Positions 1-8,911 of a stretch of DNA of 64,000 bases are shown one piece after another (within the stretch, counting starts at the first letter, position 1; each line of letters begins with the position of its first letter). The notes under the pieces were generated by a model. The model saw nothing but the letters and a program-made list of their open reading frames with translations, was not told the DNA's origin and ran no database searches. This stretch comes from Acidobacteriota bacterium (GTDB lineage Bacteria; Acidobacteriota; CAIWXX01). A program made the translations under genes and the position numbers. The stretch lies in the NCBI GenBank assembly GCA_040755995.1, contig JBFMAF010000041.1, positions 78,248 to 142,247 of the forward strand, given 5' to 3'.

Positions 1-2
1 TT

Positions 3-557
3 GGGATACCTGGACGTCAAGTACTCCGTAATCGACGAGCACTCGCGCGCCGTGCGCCTCCCGCCGGCATCCTCGAAAAGCGCGTCCTCAGCATCCACGA
101 TCTCGACCCGGCCTCCTGCGACCACCAATCGCACCGGACGCTCTGACCTCCCGTCGATGATGAGATGATCCAGCCCTGCCCGTTTGAGTACGTTCGGGAA
201 TCGCCCTCCGCAGCTCGCATGAGTTATGAGGCCGTAGAGCGGCTGGTGATCCGGCACCCACGCAACCGGCTCGGGCGACCGCGTCATCGGGCTTATGAAC
301 GAGCATGATCCGCGGCCGGCCGTCGCGATCATGGTGTCGTTCGGAGCCGCCGAGCCGATGACGATGCGGTTCTGCGGTCCGAGCGGGTCCTTGATCGGCC
401 CGACCTTTTGGATGTGATCGAGGATCAATCGAGCCTGAACGCCTCGGCCTCCGACGTAGTCGCGACATAGCGATGCATCGGCCGCCTCGATGCTGACCGT
501 CCGATTCGTGAGATCGATGAGCGCCAACTTTCCCCGGTAGCCGCCTGTGGTTGCCAT
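3..557 (-). CDS. Aldehyde:ferredoxin oxidoreductase (W/Mo AOR family), N-terminal part; runs off the left edge
   Basis: Not in the ORF track. Hand translation from ATG 557 (GGAGG upstream): MATTGGYRGKLALIDLTNRTV...DYVGGRG...DPLGPQN...SPMT...ASCGGRFPNVLKRAGLDHLIIDGRSERPV, typical AFOR_N motifs. Confidence 0.85.
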   Translation of the reverse strand, partial: MATTGGYRGKLALIDLTNRTVSIEAADASLCRDYVGGRGVQARLILDHIQKVGPIKDPLGPQNRIVIGSAAPNDTMIATAGRGSCSFISPMTRSPEPVAWVPDHQPLYGLITHASCGGRFPNVLKRAGLDHLIIDGRSERPVRLVVAGGRVEIVDAEDALFEDAGGRRTARECSSITEYLTSRYP

Positions 558-605
558 CAGGAATCCTCCGTGAAGAGAAGCACCGACTCCGATTCGACTC
601 TGGGA

Positions 606-1631
606 CTAGCGGAGCGAACGATTGATGTCCAGGAGATCCGCCAGGATCGCAAACCCGGTTTCTCTGCGACCCGCGCCGGCTCCGACCACAGTCACCTCGC
701 CCAACAGATCTGTTGCGAACTGCACAGCATTGGTCGCGCCGGAGGCGGAGGTAAGGGGGTTCGACGCCGGCAGCGCCTCGGGCGCTACCGATCCCACCAC
801 TCGATCGCCGTCCCGGCGCAGCCGGCCGATCAGCTTCCACCGCTTGCCCTCGGAGGCTGCGCGCTTGATGTCGTCTGTGGTTATGCCGGTGATCCCCTTC
901 CTCTGTATCTCTTCCTTCTTCAGCTTGCCTTCCATGAACACGTTGGCGAGGATGAGCACCTTGCCCATGGTGTCGAACCCTTCGACATCGCCGGTCGGGT
1001 CGGCTTCGGCGTAGCCCAGCTCCTGCGCCTTCTTCAGCGCATCCGCGTACGAACCTCCTCGTTCCATCTCCGTCAGGATGAAATTGGTCGTGCCGTTCAG
1101 TATCCCACGGATCTCGGAGATCTGGCACCCCTCCAGGTTCTTCATCCCGAAAGAGAGTAGGGGAGTACCGGACATCACGGTCCCCTCGAAGCGGAACTGC
1201 AGGTTCCTGGCGACGGCCAGGTCCCTGAGCTCGGAGTAGTGGAGCGCCAGCGGCCCCTTGTTGGTGGTCACGACGTGCTTGCCTGTTTCGAACGCCGCCT
1301 TGATGTAGCCGGTGGCTGGCTCGCCGGTCTTCAGATCCGTGTAGGTCGCTTCGGCGACCACCGTTGCGTTGCTGTCTCGGATTACGGCGAGCGCATCGCC
1401 GCCCTTTGCACCGCCGGGATAGCTGTCCAGCTTCCCTCCGGGGAGCGCTGCCAGTATCTGCGGATCGAGCCCTTTCGGGTCCAGCAACGTTCCTTTGAGC
1501 ATGTCCGAGATAGCCACGATGTCGCACTCGAACCCGTGGTCCCGAACGAGTGCCTGCCTCTTCTCAGCAAGTATGGACACCAACCCCTGCCCGACATTTC
1601 CGAACCCAATCAGTGCCAAGCGATGTTTCAT
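606..1631 (-). CDS. hom: Homoserine dehydrogenase (short form, no ACT domain)
   Basis: LIGFGNVG, HVVTTNKGP, FEGTVMSGTP, GILNGTTNFIL, AQELGYAEADPTGDVEGFD, GAGAGRRETG; start after AAGGAGAGGAT. Confidence 0.93.
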   Translation of the reverse strand: MKHRLALIGFGNVGQGLVSILAEKRQALVRDHGFECDIVAISDMLKGTLLDPKGLDPQILAALPGGKLDSYPGGAKGGDALAVIRDSNATVVAEATYTDLKTGEPATGYIKAAFETGKHVVTTNKGPLALHYSELRDLAVARNLQFRFEGTVMSGTPLLSFGMKNLEGCQISEIRGILNGTTNFILTEMERGGSYADALKKAQELGYAEADPTGDVEGFDTMGKVLILANVFMEGKLKKEEIQRKGITGITTDDIKRAASEGKRWKLIGRLRRDGDRVVGSVAPEALPASNPLTSASGATNAVQFATDLLGEVTVVGAGAGRRETGFAILADLLDINRSLR

Positions 1632-1821
1632 ATCCTCTCCTTGATCTGTTCGAAGTTGCCTCCGAGTCGCCCGGTCGAGCGACATCGAGAGTGGAAGTCT
1701 ACCATCGCTGCACATCGCTGGCAACGCGATCGCGATCTCAATGCAGCGGGCAGGCTGATCCGGTCGATAACGTTAAGGCCGGATGCCCGGCCGCGCCAGG
1801 CCGCACTTGTACAGATGATCC

Positions 1822-2085
1822 CTACTTGCGGGTCTGCATCTGGTTTTCGATCATGGTCATGGCCTGCTGGATGCGGAGTATCTTGCGATTGCGCTGCTGC
1901 TGGGCCAAGACGTCGTCGGCCGGCGGTTGCGACGCGCGCGTGTCGCGGACGTTCTTCTCGAGCTCGAATCGCAGCTGCTGCATCTCCGGGACGGTCAATT
2001 TCCTCATCAGGGTGGGATTCAAAAGAATGTAGCCCTCGCTGATGTCACGGGCCATGGCGTAGGCGCTTCCTCCGAGAAAGCTCAA
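1822..2085 (-). CDS. Small helical hypothetical protein (87 aa)
   Basis: GAGGAGG RBS 5 nt before a TTG start; protein-like helical composition. Confidence 0.75.
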   Translation of the reverse strand: MSFLGGSAYAMARDISEGYILLNPTLMRKLTVPEMQQLRFELEKNVRDTRASQPPADDVLAQQQRNRKILRIQQAMTMIENQMQTRK

Positions 2086-2144
2086 TTGTACCTCCTCAGT
2101 TGTAAGGCATCAGAGAACATTCTGTATCATAGATGGGAGTGACT

Positions 2145-3527
2145 TCAACGGGCAGAGGGTGCTCGTTCGCCCGCGCGGCGGAATAGTGCGTATGCGGGGA
2201 GACCCGCAAGGATTATGCCGATGCCTATGAGAGATTCCCAAGGGGTCTCGACGAGGGTGTTGATCAGCAGCCAGACGCAGAGCAGAAGGAAAGCAGCGGG
2301 GACAAACGGGTAGCCCCAGACGCGGTATCCGTCGGATCGCATGCCGCGGTGCCTGAACAGGAACAGGGCCGCGACGCTCAGGCCGTAAAAGACCCACAGC
2401 GCGAAGATGGCGAACGTGAAGAGCTGCTCGTATGTGCCGCTGAGCGCCAACAGGGCGGACCAGACGCCCTGGGCCAGCAGTGAGAAGGATGGCGTGCCGA
2501 ACCTGGGATGGATACGCACCATGCTCCGCGGAAAAAGCCCGTCCTCGGCCTGGGCCTGGTACACGCGGGCTCCGGCGAGAATCATTCCGTTCACGCAGCC
2601 GAACGACGAGAGTATGATGGCTGCGGCCACCAGGTCGGCACCCCATGCACCAAGCACCGGCTGCACGGCTTCGGCCGCCACTCGTTCTGATGCCGCGATA
2701 CGGGCTGGTTCAAGCATACGCAGGTACGCGAGATTCATCAGGATGTAGATCAGGACTACGGCTCCAGTACCGAGCACCAGCGCTAGCGGGATGTTGCGGC
2801 GTGGATTCTTCGTCTCGGCCGAGATGAACGTCACGTTGTTCCATCCATCGAGAGCCCACAGGGCCGCAACCAGAGCCACGCCGAAGCAACCCCAGTAACT
2901 CGCTCCTGCCGGGCTCTGGCCGCCCGACATCAATTCAGACACCGGCCTCTGCCCCGCTACGACCGCCAGTGCCACAATGGCGATGCACGCCGCGGCCTTC
3001 AGGACCGTGAAGATATTCTGAGTGGCCGAGCCGTATTTCAGACCGAGGTAGTTGACGACACTCAGGAACAGCACGAGCAAGGCGGCACAGAGCTGGGTTC
3101 CCGAGATGACAACATGGACCGGGACCGAGAGCTCGATCACGGTGAAACCAAGGGGAATGAACTGCCCCAGGTATGTAGCGAAGCCGACAGCGACGGCCGC
3201 GATGGATCCGGACTGGGCGGCCAGAAAGAGGCTCCATCCGTAGAGAAACGCGCAGAGAGGGCCGTAGGCCTCCCGCAGGTAGACGTACTGACCTCCCGCG
3301 TTGGGAAAGATCGCGCCGAGCTCGCCGTAGGACAGCGCGCCGAAGAGGCTGAGCGCGCCGGCAGCGAGCCAAACAGCGAGCAACGATTCCGGAGTGCCCA
3401 TGGTCTTGAGGATATTCGACGGGACGAGGAAGATGCCCGAGCCGATCACGATGCCGACCACAATCGAGATCGCATCCCAGAGCGAGAGGCGCTTGGGTCC
3501 GGAGGCGATCGCTTCGGTCGGTCCCAT
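2145..3527 (-). CDS. APC-family amino acid permease
   Basis: VIGSGIF, GALSYGELG, GGQYVYLREAYG, AETKNPRRNIP; about 12 TM segments; start uncertain (3527 or 3548). Confidence 0.92.
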   Translation of the reverse strand: MGPTEAIASGPKRLSLWDAISIVVGIVIGSGIFLVPSNILKTMGTPESLLAVWLAAGALSLFGALSYGELGAIFPNAGGQYVYLREAYGPLCAFLYGWSLFLAAQSGSIAAVAVGFATYLGQFIPLGFTVIELSVPVHVVISGTQLCAALLVLFLSVVNYLGLKYGSATQNIFTVLKAAACIAIVALAVVAGQRPVSELMSGGQSPAGASYWGCFGVALVAALWALDGWNNVTFISAETKNPRRNIPLALVLGTGAVVLIYILMNLAYLRMLEPARIAASERVAAEAVQPVLGAWGADLVAAAIILSSFGCVNGMILAGARVYQAQAEDGLFPRSMVRIHPRFGTPSFSLLAQGVWSALLALSGTYEQLFTFAIFALWVFYGLSVAALFLFRHRGMRSDGYRVWGYPFVPAAFLLLCVWLLINTLVETPWESLIGIGIILAGLPAYALFRRAGERAPSAR

Positions 3528-3781
3528 CGTGGGGCCGATTCTACACATCGCCTATCAACTCCACAAGTGTGCGTCAGATCCAGGATGCGCCCACGGTTTG
3601 TGGGGTTGGTGGCTGAGGAGGTTATCCGACCCTGGGGCTCATAGTTGGCCTATTTTTCCGCAGATTGGTGTCCGTGCGCGTTACCGGTTTGCCACCTTCG
3701 GGAGGGCGAACGCTTACGGCCTCTCGCCTGCGTGCGTACGGGCGATCGGCCGGCCGCTCTGAGGCTCCGCCTCGCCGGGGC

Positions 3782-5335
3782 TCAGCGACTCTTGGCCGTG
3801 AAGTTCTGCTGCCGGTCTGAGGTCACGTTGTCGAAGTATGCGCTCGCCGGTTTGAAGCGGTATCCTGCCTTCTGGGGAGTCGCAGTGCCGGACCAGCCCC
3901 ACGGCACGACCCTGGCGTAGTAGCCTCGACGATTCGTCCTCGCCTGGCCTCCGCCGTTGCTGAACGCGACCTTGACTCCACCGACAGCCGTTCCTGACCG
4001 GGTTCTCACGTAGCCTGAGATCGTGACGTCGCCGCCCGAGCCGACCGTGAGATTCACTGTCACGGTGGCAGGGCTCCCGGAAGCGGCCGGGTCGCTCACG
4101 TATATGTGCGCCGTGTACTGTCCGTCGGCGAGACCCGAGGTCAGGTATGTGACAGTGATCGAGTCCGCCTCGCCCGCAGAGGTCCCATCAGCCGGGTCGC
4201 ACGAGAGCCAGGTCGCATCCCACGTGAGAGTGTACGCGAGGGTGCCGATCCCGGCATTCGAGACGGCGAAGGACTGTGCCGCTGCGTCCGTGCCGGACGT
4301 GCAGCTGGGGCTCAGCGACTGCGGGTTGACGTTCATCACGGGACCGACCGGCGGCGCGGCCTTGAACCGGTTGTACGCAACGTTGAGCAGCGGCAGAAAC
4401 TCGGCGGTCGCCTTCAGATTGCCGGCGCGGCTGGGGTGATCGTCACCTGACGGGTACTCGAGCACGTTGGGATTGCCGTCGTTGTCCCCGTCGGTCTTGT
4501 GCTGCACGGCACCGTTCCACCAACGGTGGTGGTTTCCACCCGACTGGTACAAGTCGTTGGTATTGGCGCTGCCGCCGTTGGTAGTGAGAACGTTGTAGAA
4601 GTCGAATACGAAGACGTTGTTGTAGGGGTATCCGTCGAGCCAATCGTTCACGAGCCACTGATTGAAGGCGCGCGCATTGCTCGCCCATGTCCCGCTGCTC
4701 AGCGGCGGCGCGCAGATGACGATGAAGAGCTTGTCCTGTCGCGAGAGGAAGTATTCGAGGATGTCGATGTAAATCCCTTTGGCATTGGCGACCGTGTGAG
4801 CGTCGCTGTAGCAGTCCTGCCCCCGGAGCGTATTGTTGTCGATGGTCGGCACTGCGGCGTTGGGGTTGCCCTGCAAAGCCGAGTTCGGAAAACAGGACTT
4901 GAACATTATGACTTCGTTCTCGCCCCCGGGGTTCGTGCCCATCCGCGAATACGAACAGTGCTGGTCGCTCTCCGCATACAGCTCGCCCAGATAAGCAGAG
5001 CTGCTGGGCCCGCGGAACCATGTCCACCAATGGCCGATATCTGTGGTGTCGCCGATAGAGTCGAGACCCCACCCGTAATTCGTGTCGCTCACGAAGTAGT
5101 TGTTGTCGCGCAGCGCCTCCCCCAGGCCGCCGTTCGAATCGTCGAGCCAGTTCTCTCCGGTCGAGTGATGGATGAATATGAGACGGACTGGGCTTGACGG
5201 TGGGCTTGGGGTATCGGCGGCTGGCGAAGCCAACGTCAGTCCGAGTACGCACGCTGCGACCGCTGCCGGCAAGGCACGAGCAGCGATCCTGGGCCGCCGG
5301 GCACATACGGAGTCCCCCTGCACCGCGTCACGCAT
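3782..5335 (-). CDS. Secreted protein with a putative SGNH-like catalytic domain, a BACON-like domain and a C-terminal beta-sandwich
   Basis: Signal-like segment ending ASPA; IFIHHSTG ... MFKSCFPNS ... GDDHP; FAVSNAGIGTLAYTLTWDATWLSC (BACON-like); alternative start 5446. Confidence 0.7.
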   Translation of the reverse strand: MRDAVQGDSVCARRPRIAARALPAAVAACVLGLTLASPAADTPSPPSSPVRLIFIHHSTGENWLDDSNGGLGEALRDNNYFVSDTNYGWGLDSIGDTTDIGHWWTWFRGPSSSAYLGELYAESDQHCSYSRMGTNPGGENEVIMFKSCFPNSALQGNPNAAVPTIDNNTLRGQDCYSDAHTVANAKGIYIDILEYFLSRQDKLFIVICAPPLSSGTWASNARAFNQWLVNDWLDGYPYNNVFVFDFYNVLTTNGGSANTNDLYQSGGNHHRWWNGAVQHKTDGDNDGNPNVLEYPSGDDHPSRAGNLKATAEFLPLLNVAYNRFKAAPPVGPVMNVNPQSLSPSCTSGTDAAAQSFAVSNAGIGTLAYTLTWDATWLSCDPADGTSAGEADSITVTYLTSGLADGQYTAHIYVSDPAASGSPATVTVNLTVGSGGDVTISGYVRTRSGTAVGGVKVAFSNGGGQARTNRRGYYARVVPWGWSGTATPQKAGYRFKPASAYFDNVTSDRQQNFTAKSR

Positions 5336-5715
5336 CGGTCCCTCCGCACCCAGTGGTGTGGTGCCTGCCTCGCCGCTGGCATGCCGTCCGCCGGTTGCAA
5401 ACATCCGAGCAGGCCTTTCAAGAATGCCGTTTCGCGTCATCGTCATGCCTCCCTTGGCTCTGAGCGTCGCCCCAATAGACCTCACCGGCGCCTGAACGTA
5501 CTAGTACATCGCATGTGCCGCTTCTCTGCCCTCATTATCGCTCCACAGTGGCCCAGAGAGGGTGAGATGCGTCACACCTGTCGACCAGGGCGAGGGCAGC
5601 GTCGCCCGGGGGCCACGCTTGCGGGCAGGGACAGTATTGCGCTACTGCCGGAACAAAGGCTCAGAGTTATTCAGTCAGGTCCACGGAAAGAACGCGTCAT
5701 GGCACACCAGGAGGA

Positions 5716-5745
5716 GAGAAACAGGGGGGCGGAATCCCGCCCCCC
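5716..5745 (-). terminator. Intrinsic terminator of paralog A
   Basis: 9-bp stem GGGGGGCGG/CCGCCCCCC followed by TGTTTCTC on the minus strand. Confidence 0.7.
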
Positions 5746-5759
5746 GCCACGTGAATCTC

Positions 5760-6230
5760 CTAGCAGATAATCTTCCAGGTGAACTTGCTCCAATAGGAGT
5801 ATATGTAGTAGGTCGCCGGACCCCAGTAGGTGTAGTCCCAGTAGTCCTCGGCGTACAGCTTGATGTAGCGCCCGTTGGTGTAGCGGCCCACGTAATACTT
5901 CCCGTTGCGGGTCACGTACCCCTTCCACCTGTTGTTGACGGCGATATAGATCCTGCCGCCGTAGGCGCACGCAAAGGCGCGGACGTTCCAGTACAGGCTG
6001 AACTTGCCCTGCGGCGAGCTCTCGATTGCCCTCTCTTCGGCTGCCGTGAGCGGCTTCAGTTCGGGCAGCGTGGCAAAGTCGGGCGGTTCGATCGGCCGGC
6101 CCGAACGGTCCGCGATCGCGTTCGCCTTGCTCGTCATCGTCTTGGTTGGCGCGGCTGCGGTAGCCGGAAGCGTCAGCATGGCTGCCGCCACCAGCATCAC
6201 TGTCGCGAGTGTGAAGAACCTCCGAGTCAT
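5760..6230 (-). CDS. Secreted Tyr/Trp-rich protein, paralog A (156 aa)
   Basis: AAGGAGG RBS, signal peptide MTRRFF...ATA; 23 differences from paralog B by manual count. Confidence 0.88.
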   Translation of the reverse strand: MTRRFFTLATVMLVAAAMLTLPATAAAPTKTMTSKANAIADRSGRPIEPPDFATLPELKPLTAAEERAIESSPQGKFSLYWNVRAFACAYGGRIYIAVNNRWKGYVTRNGKYYVGRYTNGRYIKLYAEDYWDYTYWGPATYYIYSYWSKFTWKIIC

Positions 6231-6463
6231 CTTGCCTCCTTGTGCAGACGTTGTTGTTGCTATGCCCCCAAAAATCAACCCAAGTCTAAGCGGCAGGCAC
6301 GCGACTACTTACCGACTCACGCGCCACTACGAACCCGATCTGCTCTACTGAAATATTGCGGGGCATGAGATTCGGCTCCCCCGAATCTCTCGAGATTCGC
6401 TACACGTTCACCAATCTCTCGAGCCCACTCAGGGGCCACCTACCCTCCTATCATCCTGTGTAC

Positions 6464-6492
6464 AAGATAAGAGCTGCGGGGCGAGTTGTCAA
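6464..6492 (-). promoter_or_regulatory. Sigma-70 promoter for paralog A
   Basis: TTGACA-17-TATCTT on the minus strand. Confidence 0.65.
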
Positions 6493-6547
6493 GGGTTCCT
6501 GGGACGAAGATGAAGGGATGAAGAGGAGAAGAGAGAACGAGGAGCGA

Positions 6548-6570
6548 GAGGGGGCGGATTCCACCCCCTC
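6548..6570 (-). terminator. Terminator-like hairpin of paralog B
   Basis: GAGGGGGTGG-AAT-CCGCCCCCTC, similar to the paralog A hairpin, followed by a pyrimidine-rich tract. Confidence 0.6.
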
Positions 6571-6583
6571 CAGCCCCGGTGAT

Positions 6584-7054
6584 CTAGCAGATGATCTTCC
6601 AGGTGAACGTGCTCCAGTAGGTGTAGACGTAGTACGTCGACGGACCCCAGTAGGTGTAGTCCCAGTAGTCCTCGGCGTACAGCTTGTAGTACTTTCCGTT
6701 GGTGAACTGGCCTACGTAGTACTTACCGTTGCGCGTTACGTAGCCCTTCCACTTGTTGTTGACGGCGATGTAGATCCGGCCGCCGTAAGCGCACGCGAAG
6801 GCCCTGACGTTCCAATACAGCCGGAACTTGCCCTGCGGCGAGTTCTCCAGCGCCCGCTCCTCGGCCGGGCTAAGTGGTTTCAACTCGGGCAAGTTGGCGT
6901 AATCAGGCGGCTCGGCCGGGCGTCCCGACCGGTCGGCCACGGCGTTTGCCTTCGTCGTCATCACCTTGGTTGGTGCCGCTGCGGTCGCGGGCAGCGTCAG
7001 CATGGCTGCCGCCACGAGCATCACCGTCGCGAATACGAACAATCTCCGAGTCAT
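6584..7054 (-). CDS. Secreted Tyr/Trp-rich protein, paralog B (156 aa)
   Basis: AGGAGG RBS; same length and architecture as paralog A. Confidence 0.88.
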   Translation of the reverse strand: MTRRLFVFATVMLVAAAMLTLPATAAAPTKVMTTKANAVADRSGRPAEPPDYANLPELKPLSPAEERALENSPQGKFRLYWNVRAFACAYGGRIYIAVNNKWKGYVTRNGKYYVGQFTNGKYYKLYAEDYWDYTYWGPSTYYVYTYWSTFTWKIIC

Positions 7055-7324
7055 CTTTCCTCCTAAGTTCGGTCGTTATTGGTGCTGGTGTTCGGAATGA
7101 TGGCTGCGTGCTCGATCCAAACCCGATTGACAAGTCTCCGCTCGCATCGCGATGCACAATGCGCCGGTCCTGGTATCATCTCGATGAACTGTCTAGGTGG
7201 GCGAAAGCGTAAGAGTCGCCCGGGGACGGACAATGCAGCGAGCCTTTGACAACGCCGTCCGAGCGCCTCACGTGCCGCATCTCCCCTCCCTCCACGGGTC
7301 GTCTTAATTCCTACTCTCAGACTA

Positions 7325-7353
7325 AGAATACAACTTCGAAGCATTTCCGTCAA
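7325..7353 (-). promoter_or_regulatory. Sigma-70 promoter for paralog B
   Basis: TTGACG-17-TATTCT with an A/T tract upstream (UP-element-like). Confidence 0.65.
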
Positions 7354-7448
7354 GTGTTTTGTGAAAAAAAAAGCGGTCGGAGCCTGTTCGAACACAGAGT
7401 CAGCGGGCAGGAGGTGGTGAGGCTGAAGCGCGCGGCTGACGGGGATCC

Positions 7449-7478
7449 GCTCACGTTGACGTCGACCTCCGTGTTCAC
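7449..7478. repeat. Degenerate hexamer array (GTNNAC type)
   Basis: GCTCAC GTTGAC GTCGAC CTCCGT GTTCAC. Confidence 0.5.
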
Positions 7479-7590
7479 GGACGCGGGGACCTTGTCGCAG
7501 GGCTCAGGGCAGGGGCACCAGCTCCAGCTCATCCTCATCCTGGATTTCGGTGGGCGCTTCGTTTATACTTCCGCATTTGAGAGAGTGGCG

Positions 7591-8067
7591 ATGAAAGAAA
7601 TCAGCAAACGGCTCGAGGAAGAGGTGATGAAGCTCGATTACGAGCTCAAGGTGGAGCTGCCGAAGGAGCTCAACAAGGCACTGGCACATGGGGATCTGCG
7701 TGAGAACGCCGAGCTTCAGGCAGCTAAAGACCGGAAGGACTTCGTGGAGGCGCGGATCATGCAGCTCAAGCGTCGCATGGCGGATCTCTCACTCCTGAAG
7801 CTCCAGGATCTGCCCGAGAACAAGGTTTCGTTCGGTTCCACAGTGGTGCTCTACGACCTGGACCGCGAGACCGACGTCACCTACCGCCTCGTCACCGCCG
7901 AGGAGAGCGATATCAGCAAGGGGTTGATCTCCACCACATCCCCCATCGGGCGCGGATTGATGGGACATGAAGAGGGGGACACGGTCGAGATCGCGATTCC
8001 ATCGGGCCGGAAGCGTTTCGAGATCAAGAAGCTGACCACCATACATCAGGAGTTGGGAGATGCTTGA
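7591..8067 (+). CDS. greA: Transcription elongation factor GreA
   Basis: HGDLRENAE, ISTTSPIGRGLMG; TATACT upstream. Confidence 0.95.
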   Translation: MKEISKRLEEEVMKLDYELKVELPKELNKALAHGDLRENAELQAAKDRKDFVEARIMQLKRRMADLSLLKLQDLPENKVSFGSTVVLYDLDRETDVTYRLVTAEESDISKGLISTTSPIGRGLMGHEEGDTVEIAIPSGRKRFEIKKLTTIHQELGDA

Positions 8068-8830
8068 GACGAAGACCATCCGGAAGACCTCGAAACAAGC
8101 GGTTGCGGTGGTTGAGACTGTGCAGGCAGCTCGTAAGCACGGTGTGCTGCGCGAGTACTTCGAGCTGATCGTGGTGACCGTGATCTTCACGCTCTTCCTG
8201 CAGACTTTCGTCGTTCAGGCTTTCCAGATTCCGAGCAGCTCGATGGAAGACAACCTTCTGGTCGGCGACCATCTTCTCGTCAACAAGAGCGTCTACTCTT
8301 CGTTTGGCGAGAGCGCTCTGGCATCGAAGATCCTCCCGTTCAAGGAGCCGCGACGCGGCGACATCGTGGTCTTCAAGTACCCTGAGGATCCTACGAAGGA
8401 TTTCGTGAAGCGCGTCATCGGCCTGCCGGGCGACACCGTCGAGATCCGGAGCAAGACCGTCTACGTCAACGGCAAGGCCTTCCAGGAACCATACAAGTAT
8501 CACAAGGACTCGCACATATTCTCCCCCTTCGACCTCAGCGCGCGGCCCGAGGCGGTGATGCGTGACAACTACGGGCCCGTGACGGTGCCGGCAGGAGATC
8601 TGTTCGTGATGGGTGACAACCGCGACAACAGTCACGATTCCCGATACTGGGGCTTCTTGCCGCGGACCAACCTGAAGGGGAAGCCCCTGATCATCTACTG
8701 GTCATACGCAGCCGACAAGGAATCGTACCTGTATGTAGACTACGGCAGCCGGCTGAAAAACATCTTGAACACGATCATCCACTTCCCAACTCGCACCAGG
8801 TGGTCTCGATTCTTCAAGATCATCCGCTGA
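8060..8830 (+). CDS. lepB: Signal peptidase I
   Basis: IPSSSMEDNLLVGD, FVKRVIGLPGD, MGDNRDNSHDSRYWG. Confidence 0.96.
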   Translation: MLETKTIRKTSKQAVAVVETVQAARKHGVLREYFELIVVTVIFTLFLQTFVVQAFQIPSSSMEDNLLVGDHLLVNKSVYSSFGESALASKILPFKEPRRGDIVVFKYPEDPTKDFVKRVIGLPGDTVEIRSKTVYVNGKAFQEPYKYHKDSHIFSPFDLSARPEAVMRDNYGPVTVPAGDLFVMGDNRDNSHDSRYWGFLPRTNLKGKPLIIYWSYAADKESYLYVDYGSRLKNILNTIIHFPTRTRWSRFFKIIR

Positions 8831-8911
8831 GGACGCGCGCGCCACGGTGACCGGGGAAGAGCCGGAGGCCGGTCGGGTGCGAACGGCGTCGCGAGGTCCG
8901 CAGAGGTTTCG

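Noticed and set aside
88..1527. 479-aa Arg-rich ORF and many similar overlapping ORFs
   Set aside because: Alternative-frame artefacts of high GC content over recognisable genes
3680..3720. GGCAAACC resembling a c-di-GMP-I riboswitch
   Set aside because: The GAAA loop and downstream GCAAAGC elements are missing
7246..7590. N-terminal extension of GreA
   Set aside because: Reads through promoter and repeat DNA; ATG 7591 gives a normal-length protein
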